A stretch of 64,000 nucleotides of DNA from contig NC_042997.1 in NCBI RefSeq assembly GCF_006345805.1, positions 35,092,001-35,156,000 on the forward strand. Reading direction: 5' to 3'. The translations under genes and the position numbers were made by a program. This DNA comes from Octopus sinensis (lineage: Eukaryota). Positions 37,994 to 50,195 of the stretch are shown one piece after another. The notes beneath the pieces were generated by a model. That model saw only the letters and a program-made list of their open reading frames with translations, made no database searches and was not told where the DNA came from. The number at the start of each line of letters is the position of its first letter. Within the stretch, counting starts at the first letter, position 1.

Positions 37994-38403
37994 CTCTTTA
38001 CTCTTTTGCTTGTTTCAGTCATTTGACTGCGGCCATGCTGGAGCACCGCCTTTAGTCGAGCAACTCGACCCCGGGACTTATTCTTTTTGTAAGCCCAGTA
38101 CTTATTCTATCGGTCTCTTTTGCGAACCGCTAAGTGACGGGGACGTAAACACACCAGCATCGGTTGTCAAGCAATGCTAGGGGGAAAACACAGACCACAA
38201 AACACACACACACTTACATATATATATATATACATATATACGACAGGCTTCTTTCAGTTTCCGTCTACCAAATCCACTCACAAGGCATTGGTCGGCCCGG
38301 GGCTATAGCAGAAGACACTTGCCCAAGATGCCACGCAGTGGGACTGAACCCGGAACCATGTGGTTGGTTAGCAAGCTACTTACCACACAGCCACTCCTGC
38401 GCC
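37993..38403 (-). mobile_element. SINE family A, full length
   Basis: Close reverse complement of 36429-36844. Confidence 0.96.
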
Positions 38404-38860
38404 TATATATATATATATATATATGATATACAAAGAAACAAGCTAAAAATGATAGAAATCATAATTTATGGTTGTGTTTAAAGAGCATTTGTGGGCATCA
38501 TTTGACGAAGGGAATATTATTTCATAGCAAACTGCATAGCTCATTTGTTGAAGATAATGACAGAGGAATTGAAATCTAAATTAACCCAGATAAGTATGAA
38601 ATGAAGTAAACACTCAAATATATTTTCCTTCTTAATGCAAGTAACCATAATGGATAGTCACGACTCTCTTTCGATGGAACTGAAACTGATAACTACTGCA
38701 GAAACGCTAGTCAGTTGTCAAGCAGTGGTGACTGCGGGAGACAAAAGCAAACACACATATATATATACGTGCTTGTTAGTGCGTACATATAAATATATAT
38801 AAGAATGTGAATGTATGTGTCACCTTCAGCTTCCGTCCACTCACAATATATATATATATA

Positions 38861-39010
38861 TTTCGTCTGCAGTTACGTTCTGAGTTCAAATTCCACCGAG
38901 GTCGACTTTGCCCTTCATCTTTCGGGGTCGATGTAATCGATTTAATCCCTTTCTCTGTCCTTGTTTGTCCCCTCTATGTTTAGCCCGTTGTGGGCAATAA
39001 AGAAAGAAAT
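38861..39010 (+). mobile_element. SINE family B, 5'-truncated and internally deleted
   Basis: B box and tail present; the segment between the two GGGGTCGAT repeats is missing. Confidence 0.9.
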
Positions 39011-39032
39011 ATATATATATATATATATATAT

Positions 39033-39163
39033 ATTCTTTTACTTGTTTCACTCATTAAACTGCGGTCAAGCTGGAGTACCGCCTTTAGTAGAACAAATCT
39101 ACCCCAGGACTTATATGTTGTCAGCCTAGTACCTATTCTATCGGTCGCTTTGCCGAACCACTA
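39033..39163 (-). mobile_element. SINE-A 3' tail fragment
   Basis: TTTTACTTGTTTCA..GCTGGAG..CGCCTTTAGT..GCCGAACCACTA. Confidence 0.85.
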
Positions 39164-39175
39164 TTATATTATATG

Positions 39176-39287
<112 letters not shown>

Positions 39288-39461
39288 TCAAAAATAATCA
39301 ACAACTTTCTTGTTGCTTATTTTTTATTACAATCAGCCCGCATAATGTTATGGGTAACACCATAAAAAATTCTGTTGCATATAAATTAAGTACCATATTC
39401 TTTTGAATCTAAATTGTTTGCTGAAATATTATAATATATAATATATATATATATTATATAT

Positions 39462-39495
<34 letters not shown>

Positions 39496-39708
39496 TATAT
39501 TATATATATATGGCCTGAACAGAATAAGCTACTCCTATTTTGCAGAAATATTTTTTTCTGCAAAATAGGGGTAGCTATCCTGTTCAGTTTACATTATTAG
39601 TATTATCCTACGTTGATAATTTAAAATCACTTGTTTAACTTCTAAGACCCCTCAACGCTTCAGAAAGTAAACTTCGTTTGTTTGTTTACGTTCATCGTAA
39701 TTTGAATT

Positions 39709-39741
<33 letters not shown>

Positions 39742-39762
39742 TATATATAATATATATATATA

Positions 39763-39885
39763 TTCAGTTTCCGTCTACCAAATCCAGCCACAAGGCGTGG
39801 GACTATAGTAGAGTACAGTAAGGTGTCACGCAGTGAGGACTGAACCCAAAACTATGTGCTTGGGAAGCAGACTTCTGACTACACA
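39763..39885 (-). mobile_element. Degenerate SINE-A 5' half
   Basis: TCAGTTTCCGTCTACCAAATCC..CACGCAGT..GACTGAACCC. Confidence 0.75.
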
Positions 39886-41159
39886 CCCGTGTCAGCGGCA
39901 TTCAGTAATGTTCTTGCCGTGACGTTAGTGTTTCTGGTATAGCAGCATGTTGAATACCTGTTCGGTTCTTGATACGTTTAAACATTTCTTAGCATCTTTC
40001 TGAAGGTAAGAAGAGTTATCGAATTTTCAACCATTAGCTAGTGCAGTATGTTGTCCTAAGTTTGGTGAATAGTGTGGCAACTACACAATAAAGCAATGAC
40101 ATCCAGTTCGAATATAAGTTTAGCTCTTGATATCGGCCCTAATACGTCACTGCATATTTATCCATTATTTTTTTCCAGAAAGTAGATATTTTCGCTTTAT
40201 ATATTTCCCTCTTCTGAGGTTAATTTCGTTGTATCGCAATGTCGGATTGTTTCTAATTTCTCTCTTAATTTAGCACGATATGGTGACTGCGGATGTGAGT
40301 AATAGTTCGCACAGCAATTGTTATACACTGTATCAGCGTGATATTTTTGTTCTTTAATTTCTTCATCCGTGATAACATTTCTCTTCACTTCTTCGCATTT
40401 TTGCAAAGTGCACGTGAAATACTGTTATCATTACTCATAATTACTTCCAGATCATGTACTCAGTGTGATTGATTGTAAACGCTCCTGTATGTTATAACAC
40501 GATTGCAGTGTGGTTGTCTACCGATGGCAAGATGTTTGAAAATGTCCATCTTTATTTTGGGTATAATATTCTTTAACCCACTTATATAGAGCATTTAGTT
40601 TTTCATATACATTCATCACATCTAAAACTTTCCTAATTGTTTTTCACACCTCGTTAGTTTAGCTTGTCAGCGTCTCCATTTATAACTGAACGCGCGTTTG
40701 ATGGAAGCATTAGAATTAACAAACGTTCCAAGATATTCCTCCGAGGGACTCCACTGTAAACTGGTCTTTCTTTTGAAAGAGTGTGAGTGAAAAAGTGAAT
40801 AAGAGAGGAAAGATAGGGTGAGAAGGAGAGGGCGGAGAAGGAGACATGGCATTGTTAGCCAGCACTGCATAGCTTCTGTCCGTTGAAATGTGATATAGTA
40901 ATTTTCCTACTTCATCAACAATGTTGAAAACACACTCCCTGTGACATTTTGATTTTATTTTCTATTTCTAGGATTATAATTTCTGGGTTGGATTATTTGT
41001 TCCTTATAATTGTTCATTTAAACGTTTCGAGACAATTATTGTGCTTACGTCTTGTGTATGTTGGATAATTTTGATCGAAGGCATAATATATATTGTTTGC
41101 ACTATTGCTATAAATCATTTATTGCTTTGCTATTGTCTGTGACAGACGTTCGAGCCACT

Positions 41160-41630
41160 CCTATCCTATCCTTTTTCAATAGATTTCTTATAACCTTGGT
41201 GTAAAGCTGGGTTACATAGAGGTTGAATACTTCTTGTAGAACGACTCATTACACTATGCTCTTTTGAAACAAACATTGTTAGGTGGAGTATTATTGTTTC
41301 CATGAAGAGTATATTAGAAGAGTCAGGGGGATACTCTGCTTGTCCTCGTTCATAAAATGACACTTAGCAAGTATATGAATTCCGGACTATGAGTAATGAA
41401 GGCTCGCCAAAGTTAAAGATATTAAATATTTTAAAGGCTACCTTTAAATTTGAGGTCCTATTTTGAGGTACTCCGTGAAAGATATGTTGTGTGACGCAAC
41501 TAGACTTCAAGTGTGACAACAAGAATAAATATATGACGTTTTCCCAGTTGTACATGGCAATCCTAAGATAGCTTCTCTCTTCCTTGTCTGTACAGAAAAC
41601 AACATATCTTGGTTTGTGTATCTGCATCTA
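41160..41630 (-). mobile_element. Penelope-like RT remnant (may extend to about 42620)
   Basis: IAMYNW..KIFNIFNFG..LLIV and PPDSSNILF..HLT..SIQPLCNPALHQGYKKSI follow the PLE order VTMGS, KI..IF..GL.I, KPN..SNHP, P.YN.AL..SGY. Confidence 0.55.
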
Positions 41631-44307
41631 CTACATTTGCAGTGAGAGATGTTTCAGGGACTACGATGATTATTACTCGACTGTGAGCTCTCTCGAATAC
41701 AGGATTTTACCTTATGAAGTTGTAAGATATCTCTAAAATTTAGCAATAATATTAACAAACGCTTGAGTGCGTAAAAGAAGTAACCTTCCTGATTATCATT
41801 TGATGCTAATGAATTTGACACTGTTTCTGCTGCTGTTATGCCTGTCACCGTGTATTGTGCGATATATAAAGAAATCATGCTGGTCGACTGCTGCAGTTAG
41901 CATTGTGCTTGCATATCGTCTTTCGTCGGGACCAAAACTAGGAGCTGTCTCTTCTTTTGATGGTTGCTTATGCTTCTCTGTTTCAGATTTTCTCGCTATG
42001 GTGGTGATGTTCAGAACCTCATCAATTTCCTTTGCTGTCATTGACTGCATCCCAGTATGTATATTGTGCAATGACCCTTTTTCCATAAGTTTATCTGGGC
42101 CTTGAAGTTTGTTAAAGAGGCTACTAATCTCCAAAGACCGTGCTGACAGGAAATTTTTGGAATTTGTAGAAACTCACTGATGTTTTGCGACTCGTTAGTT
42201 GTTTGCTTGGAGTCATTACTTTTAATTTTGCTGTTTCAACTATTATTTTTACTTAAGGTTTCTGGTCTCTGTGTTTGCTTATGTGGTTCTCCTATTTTTC
42301 TTCTCGGTAACAATTTTAACTTCAGCTTGTTTATATCCCCCATCTTTACAAAGTTTCTTCAGCAGTGGTCTTGAAGTCATTCGTGTTCATAATGGAATTC
42401 TTGTCATCTCACTCATTTAGATCGTCAATCGAAAAAAAACCCCAAAAACTTTGTACATAGGTTGTAACATTCCAATTCTACTCGTTTCAGTTTTCGAATT
42501 TTAAATCCCTCTTTCACTAAGATAGCATGACTAACACAATGCTTAGTAAATCTAAGTATGGTCTTGCCAATCTGATGGTTCTTTTCCTCTGAAATTGTGA
42601 TATTGATCTGTGTCATCCATATTGTATATGGGTCTCCGCAATGAAGATATTGGTTTGAGATTGTTCAGTCATAAATATTACGAATAGAAAGAAGTAAATT
42701 TATTCCATATACCAGTTTCGTCACATCTAAATTCTTCTGTCATAGAACTAAGATTTGGTGAATTCTGTTCTTTTTCTTATGTTTGAAAAGAAAATGCATT
42801 TATCTAAACCAAGAGTATAACTCTAATGGCGGCAGTCTATCTTCCGACTGAATCAATCTAAGTTTCCCATGTTTTACTTTTTCCTATTTAAAGTTGCAGA
42901 TAAAACAAGATGGTCACAATTTCAGAGACAAGTATCAATGTTATTTGGTTACGGTATAGGATTTGAAATCACACTGCACAAATCTTGAACATATACCGTT
43001 AGGCATGCCTTCCAACTCTCTAAAAATTAGGTCACATATTCCGGAAACTTACTGTTTTATCAAAAACAAAAGGGTGAAAACGAAGTTGAACTCAGAGCAA
43101 TAGGAACTCGCGATGCAGAGTATAAAAGGCAGCCAATTCAGCATTCAAGCAACTTTGATAATATTGCGCCCAAGAAAAGTAATAAGCACCAGACAGGATA
43201 TATTTCATTAAATCTACATGGTCTTCGAATAAATTAACTGAGATAGAGATGAAGTAACAGAGACAGGTAGCATGACGACAGCTTGTTGGTATTATTCTAA
43301 TTTCAGATTGAAGAGAGAAAGAGAACTCAAGAAAAGAGAGGGAGAGAGACAGGGAGAGAGAGTAAGAAAGAACGAACGAAAGCAAGAGAGAGAAAGAAGG
43401 AAGAAAAGTTAATCTTATCGAGAAAAGGGGGAGTAACTTATGTTAGTGTAATGAAGGTGAGAAATAGAGTGAAGATAGCATATTTTCCTATGGAGAGTAA
43501 AAATAAAGAGAAGACGAAACCATAAGACAGAGTACAGAAATGCATATATTTACATTTGAATTATACATATAAGAACGGGGTTTTAGTTATTCATTAAGCG
43601 AGATACAATATAGTTTTTACAAGCTTAACTTGACAAAGTAACTGTTAATGGCTTTGATACTTTTGCTGTTCCAGAAAATGATAGGAGATTAACTGAAGAA
43701 ACTCCCATACCATGTTTGCCTTAAGAACTAGATTAAATACTAGACTGCACTATGGGAGATTCGTTTTATTATTTGTATGTTTCAAAGTAATCGTTTTAGG
43801 CATGTATTTTAGTTTCCCAGCAAAGCGGACAATCTTTTCAATTTTTAATCAAGCGTCTCTTTCCTATCTTTCTATCAGTTTGCTTATACATATTTCATTC
43901 TTTTTTTCTTCAAATGTGTATATGGAAAAACAAACAAACAAAAAGCAAAAGCAGACGACCGTGTATACTGCGAGAATTTTAACGGTAGTCTCCCTTTAAA
44001 TTGTTGTTACATATAAATTATATTATTGCAAATATGCATACACACACACAGACACAAACAACAACAACATAACGCGGAGTAGACGAAACAGGGACAACTG
44101 AAGAAGGGGAATATTCCTTATGTTGTATGTCTTGTTTCCATGTTTTTTTCGTTTCCATGTTTTTGTTTTTATGTTTTCGTTTCTCGTTGTGTTCAACGAT
44201 CTTTTTTTTGTGTCCTGTACCCATATATGCATGTATATATACATATAGATGTAGGTATGTACATATATGTATGTATATATGCACATGTTTATATATTATT
44301 TATGTTA

Positions 44308-44486
44308 TGTGTGGTAAGTAGCCTGCTTACCAACCACACGGTTCCGGGTTCAGTCCCACTGCGTGGCACCTTGGGAAAGTGTCTTCAACTATAGCCTCGG
44401 GCCGACCAAAGCCTTGTGAGTGGATTTGGTAGACGGAAACTGAAAGAAGCCTGTCGTATATATATGTATATAGAAGCCTGTCATAT

Positions 44487-44533
<47 letters not shown>

Positions 44534-44762
44534 CGTATATATATGTGTGTGTGTGTTTGTGTGTCTAAGTTTGTCCCCCCAACATCGCTTGACAACCGAT
44601 ACTGGTATGTGTACGTCCCCGTTACCTAGCGGTTCGGCAAAAGTGACTGATAGAATAAGTACTAGGCTTACAAAGAATAAGACCTGTGGTCGAATTGCTC
44701 GACTAAAAGGCTGTGCTCCAGCATGGCCACAGTCAAATGACTGAAACAAGTAAAAGAGAGTA
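44308..44762 (+). mobile_element. SINE family A with an internal AGAAGCCTGTC duplication
   Basis: Family head (first ~10 nt missing), body and tail. Confidence 0.95.
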
Positions 44763-44787
44763 AATATATATATATATATATAATATA

Positions 44788-44840
<53 letters not shown>

Positions 44841-45197
44841 CATACATACTTGATCATATATTTGGATAGACATAATGCACTAGACTCCGTAATTGGATAA
44901 ATTTGAAATATTCATGTTTCTGTGTATGCATATACATATATTGTTATACGAATTACGTTTGAAATAAATTTGAAATCAAGTGCATTTAAGCGATGTTTAG
45001 ACTATATGTTGACAAAATCCATAGAAAGGCCGGTATTCCCCCGTTAACTGCTGCCCTAAATCGCAAAGCGCTTCACCAAACACACCCTAAACTGTATTTA
45101 GAGGTATCAATATAATCTTTAATATATACATATATACGTACATGCATAGAAACATACATATCTACATCCTTACATACATATATGTATACATACATAG

Positions 45198-45262
<65 letters not shown>

Positions 45263-45385
45263 TACTCTCTTTTACTTGTTTCAGTCATTTGACTGTGGCC
45301 ATGCTGGAGCACAGCCTTTTAGTCGAGCAATTCGACCCCAGGTCTTATTCTTTGTAAGCCTAGTACTTATTCTATCAGTCACTTT
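45263..45385 (-). repeat. 123-bp inverted copy of the 44640-44762 SINE-A tail
   Basis: One mismatch in 123 bp; shares that copy's private variants. Confidence 0.92.
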
Positions 45386-45396
45386 ATATATATATA

Positions 45397-45445
<49 letters not shown>

Positions 45446-46050
45446 CTCTGGATCTTGGATATGGATTCGTATATATCTGTGATACAGTCACATATTTGTT
45501 CGTGTATATGTATATATATCTATTTAGACATATGTGTTCGTGTGTGTGTTTGTATATAATCATTTGAAATTAATAAATAAGAAAACGGTAAGGTGAATAT
45601 GATTTGTACAAAATCGAATTCGTTTTTTTTATTAAAAAATTAAATCTTTATACGATGAGGAATATAGATTTCATGAAATATTGGTCATATTGGATCTTGC
45701 ATTGAATTCAATGTATTTGATTGAAAGGGAATATTGAACATACATGCCTTGAAGGTACAAATGTGCATAAAAATATTAGAAATTTTGTGAATAGAAGCTT
45801 TTCCTCGGCAAAACAAATATTGATATTCTTTATGAGAGAGAGAGAGAGAGAAGATATGAAATGATTTACAAACGCTTTCAGAATTTATTATAATTATAAG
45901 TTGTTATGCGATAAGTGATATTGTTTAAATATGATGCTGAGAATTGTATGCAATAAGAATAGTTTTACATTCATACATGCATACATACATACATACATTC
46001 ATACATACATGCATATATATATATATACACATATATATATACATACATAC

Positions 46051-46100
<50 letters not shown>

Positions 46101-46630
46101 TATATATATAAGTGCATTATTCCATAGATACTACATCTGTATTAATATATATATGAAAGCAAGTATGAAGTTACTTTTTTTACATCATAATTGTCTGGAC
46201 CTAGCTGATCTGAATGCAAAAGCATTCCTCAATAGTGTATCTAGAAGTACATTATATGATATTTATTTCATTTTGTAAACACTTCGAGCATTTGGTTTTC
46301 ATTCCTAGATGTTTGATTGTATCGAGTTCTTTACCATCATGTATGTACACATGTGAAGTGTAACTGTCAACAAACGAACAATACGAAAGGCAAACGCAGA
46401 AAACAATACATACACCTCGGATACAAATTATTCCAAGGAAAGATTCTGGGACATTTTTAATGGCCGGATAAAATTTGACGAGAAGAAATATCAATGATAA
46501 TATCATTTTATGTATGTGGTACGATTGCATATTTAACAGTGCATTGAAATTGACAGACGTAACATTACGATAGTACGTACTTCAAATGTTTATTAAACAA
46601 TAGAATATCATACTTTTTTCATTTACTATC

Positions 46631-47038
46631 TTTTTACTCTTTTACTCTTTTACTTGTTTCAGTCATTTGACTGCGGCCATGCTTGAGCACCGCCTTTAGT
46701 CGAGCAAATCGACCCCGGGACTTATTCTTTTGTAAGCCCAGTACTTATTCTATCGGTCTCTTTTGCCGACCCGCTAAGTGACGGGGACGTAAACACACCA
46801 GCATCGGTTGTCAAGCAATGCTAGAAAGACAAACACAGACACACAAACACACACGCATACATATATATATATATATACATATATACGACAGGTTTCTTTC
46901 AGTTTCCGTCTGCCAAATCCACTCACAAGGCATTGGTCGACCCGAGGCTATAGCAGAAGACACTTGCCCAAGATGCCACGCAGTGGGACTGAACCCAGAA
47001 CCATGTGGTTCGTAGGCAAGCTACTTACCACACAGCCA
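46631..47038 (-). mobile_element. SINE family A, near full length
   Basis: Family tail, internal tract and head to CACAGCCA. Confidence 0.95.
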
Positions 47039-47140
47039 ACTGTATGGTACTACACTGATCACTGTAAATCGCTATTTTTCATCTGAGTGGCACAATCATT
47101 TCACTCTTTGAGGCTTTAAATATGTTATATCGCACTACCG

Positions 47141-47701
47141 CACAGTGGTTGTGTGTGCTACGAAATCCTCGTCGCCACTGTTATATCGCATTATTACACA
47201 CATTTGAGATATTTTTGGTATCTAACATATGTCAGATACTGCGAGCGCTGCTTCTGATTGGTCAATCCATGGTGATGACCCGAGGTCACGTTGACGGCAC
47301 TACTTTTGTCATTCATAAGTCACAACTAAACTTCATTCATTACTTTCACGAGCAGGTAGAATGTAGCCATATAATTAAACAAACATACTATCTTTTTTAT
47401 ACCAGATATCACTTAAAGTCATATTCAACACGATGTGAAGAATTTAGTTATTGGGTTAATAAAATATGGTCGTTTATTCGTGTGTAATAAATAAAATACC
47501 AAACTCATTCCCTATGGATACCGTATTTATTACAACTCGTGGCTTGTAAACGTATCTAACTCGCTTTCACTAGTTAGATACGTTTACAAGCCACTCGTTG
47601 TAATAAATACGGTATCCATAGGGAACTCGTTTGGTATTCTCTATATACTCACACAGTGGCTGTGTGAGCTATCTCATCCTTGTCGCCACTGTTATATTGC
47701 A
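47141..47701. mobile_element. Non-autonomous palindromic element: 67-bp inverted arms bracketed by 50-bp direct repeats
   Basis: Arms at 47495-47561 and 47572-47638 (62/67 complementary); direct repeats at 47141-47190 and 47652-47701 (42/50 identical). The repeats are seen directly; mobile-element status is inference. Confidence 0.6.
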
Positions 47702-47811
47702 CGTTCGCATGACTTCTCGACGTCTATACTTCTCCATTTATATCTATGTATTGGGCTAGCCTACTTCATCGTCTGGGGGCGTCGACGCCAGAAAATATAT
47801 AAACAGTTACA

Positions 47812-48035
47812 CTAGACGAGGAGAGACGGATTCAGTTAGCAGAACAGAAACGCCAGATGCGGAAAGCCAGAGCCACCTGCACCAATAGCACAGCCCCTAC
47901 CCACTTCTGCCCCACCTGTGGGAGGGGCTTTCTTGCCCGGATTGGCCTCACCAGCCACCTCCGGTCTCATAGCAGCAATTCCACCAAATGATGTCAATGG
48001 TCATCTTCGAACCCGAAGGACGAACATTATTATTA
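47812..48035 (+). mobile_element. RTE-clade LINE 3' end, open frame to its natural stop
   Basis: EERRIQLAEQKRQMRKARA..HFCPTCGRGFLARIGLTSHLRSH..* (TGA 47989-47991), 3' hairpin and (ATT)n tail. Confidence 0.93.
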
Positions 48036-48634
48036 TGTTCCCATATTTTATACACCCCGCTTCGAATTGCTTCGTGCATCATGTTCCGACTGAGATAGTT
48101 TCCACATAGTTCCATGTAGTTTCCATGTATTTTATTGTTTTGAATGACATTTAAATGTAGCTTGCTAATTCTGACATTCAGTCATATAATGCTACAAGAA
48201 CAGTTGTTAAAACATGTATTGTGCTACGTTTGGTAACTAAAATACTGAAAATATAATTCTTAGAAAATCTATATAATCAATAAAAGAAGATAGAATGTTA
48301 GCTCAATTATCCTGAACAGTTCACTATCAAATGATTAATAAATCCAAGATGAAAATGCTAGCAGAGCAGAGGAGAAATATATTGCTTTACTGCTATGAAT
48401 TTTTTATTTTGAGAGGAACATCAATGCAGATGTACATTATAGAGATTGAAACAGGTTGCGAATGCAATTACTTAAGAAAACAAGGGAACATATGTTAAAA
48501 ATGTTTTCAATTTTCAGAAATTGACTTACGTTTAACTGCAAGTATGCATCTACCGCCACACATTATTTTAAGGGAAATGAATTATAAATCTTAATTACAG
48601 TCTCATGAACATTAAAATGTATTTTGTATTAAGA

Positions 48635-48635
<1 letters not shown>

Positions 48636-48726
<91 letters not shown>

Positions 48727-48742
48727 CGTGTGTGTATGTGTA

Positions 48743-48787
<45 letters not shown>

Positions 48788-48796
48788 GTATGTATG

Positions 48797-48839
<43 letters not shown>

Positions 48840-48840
48840 G
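48636..48840. repeat. (TC)n(TA)n(TG)n compound microsatellite
   Basis: Direct inspection. Confidence 0.95.
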
Positions 48841-50195
48841 TATGTATGTATTATCTGATAGAAAATATGAAACGTATAAACAGGCGTAGCGGTAATAGTT
48901 TACAAATAAATATAATTATGCTATACATATTTTGGGTTAACATATGATGCACGTGCAATTATTAAATCCTTTTTACTTTAATGACGGTAATGATTGCTCC
49001 GAACAGAAGCAGAGAAATATAGATTTCTGACATTTTAAAAATAATATTGATTTCTAATAGATGCAAAGAAATATTTAAACAACACATTACTATAATAACA
49101 GTAAAATCAACAGCTACAGCTAACGGAAATATAACATATGCGGTAAACAGGAAAAAATTAAATGCACGAAAGCAAATTGTAGCTAATCACACTCTAAAAA
49201 AATACATTGAAAGATATTTGAACTAATGGATTTCCTTTATGCTTCTTGTTATTAAACCTGTAGTTATACCTGGATTCCACCTATAATCTATAGTTTTAAG
49301 CAATTCGTATCAAATCACCCTTTTAATATATTTCTTCCTCGTATTGAAATGCAATTTTTAACAGTTGGATTGTTATTTGTTAGACTTGATTTTGGGATGA
49401 CTCGTAGCCAAATACATGCAAACAATTTGAGCGTGGTGCATTTGTACTAAGTGTAATGTTGTTGCAACAAATATACACATGAGTGTCTGCATCAATTGTA
49501 AAATTCAATTTGGTTTCTTAATAAAATCTGACATCTCAGTGTATTGTTTTAGTTTCCTCTGTCTTCCTCAAATAAGAACGTACAATCTGTAGAATGTCTA
49601 GCAAAACATTTGTGGCAGTAAATTGTGTCCGTTTACTTTCTAGGTTAAATCTCTGACTGTGATGTCTTTCCTTGTCATCTTTTGTTCCTCGATAAAATAA
49701 GTAGCAATAATATACTGGTGAATAATCTACTCATTCGACACCTTTCCTATATATTTAAGACTTTTTATCCACCAACATATTCATCTTACAACCATAATAA
49801 AAGGTTTCTTTTCTCATATTTACAAGTTTTCTTGTATTTAACATATTTCACACTATTTATCAACAAATTTATTAATGTTATCAGCTTTTATTATTTTATT
49901 GCTTCAGAGAATATAAAGGAAAATATAGAGATAAAAGTTATTTTCAACAACTACAACTGTCAAACGTTTGAAAGTGTTATCATGTTTTGAGCATTTAAAA
50001 TTGTAATTATTCATTATTCCTTGTTATTTTGAGAGACATAAACAGAAGTAAAGATGTACATTTGAACAATTTGATAAAAAAAAAAAAAGGCAAACCACTT
50101 CTAGTTACCAAACTCACACTGACTAAACTACTTACAAATTACACTCTATTTGTATTTGTATATAAATGAAACAACACACACACACACACACACAC

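Noticed and set aside
39900-40640. Minus-strand Cys-containing frame (CEEVK..QKYH..CCANYY) as a DNA transposon protein
   Set aside because: No motif I can name; many stops around it.
41796-42616. ORFs upstream of the PLE RT remnant as the element's N-terminus
   Set aside because: Only vague similarity (FTKHCVSHAILVKEGF); not enough to extend the call.
43110-43160. TATAAAAGG TATA-box-like motif
   Set aside because: Isolated motif without a downstream exon or ORF; common by chance in AT-rich DNA.
44093-44145. GGGACAA-CTGAAGA-stem...GTC-TTGTTTCC hammerhead-like pattern
   Set aside because: Stem I and CUGAAGA fit, but the essential GAAA and stem III are absent.
44327-44857. 176-aa ORF and similar ORFs in SINE-A copies (e.g. 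16568, 36423, 38164, 46808)
   Set aside because: Recurrent chance frames through SINE plus microsatellite sequence.
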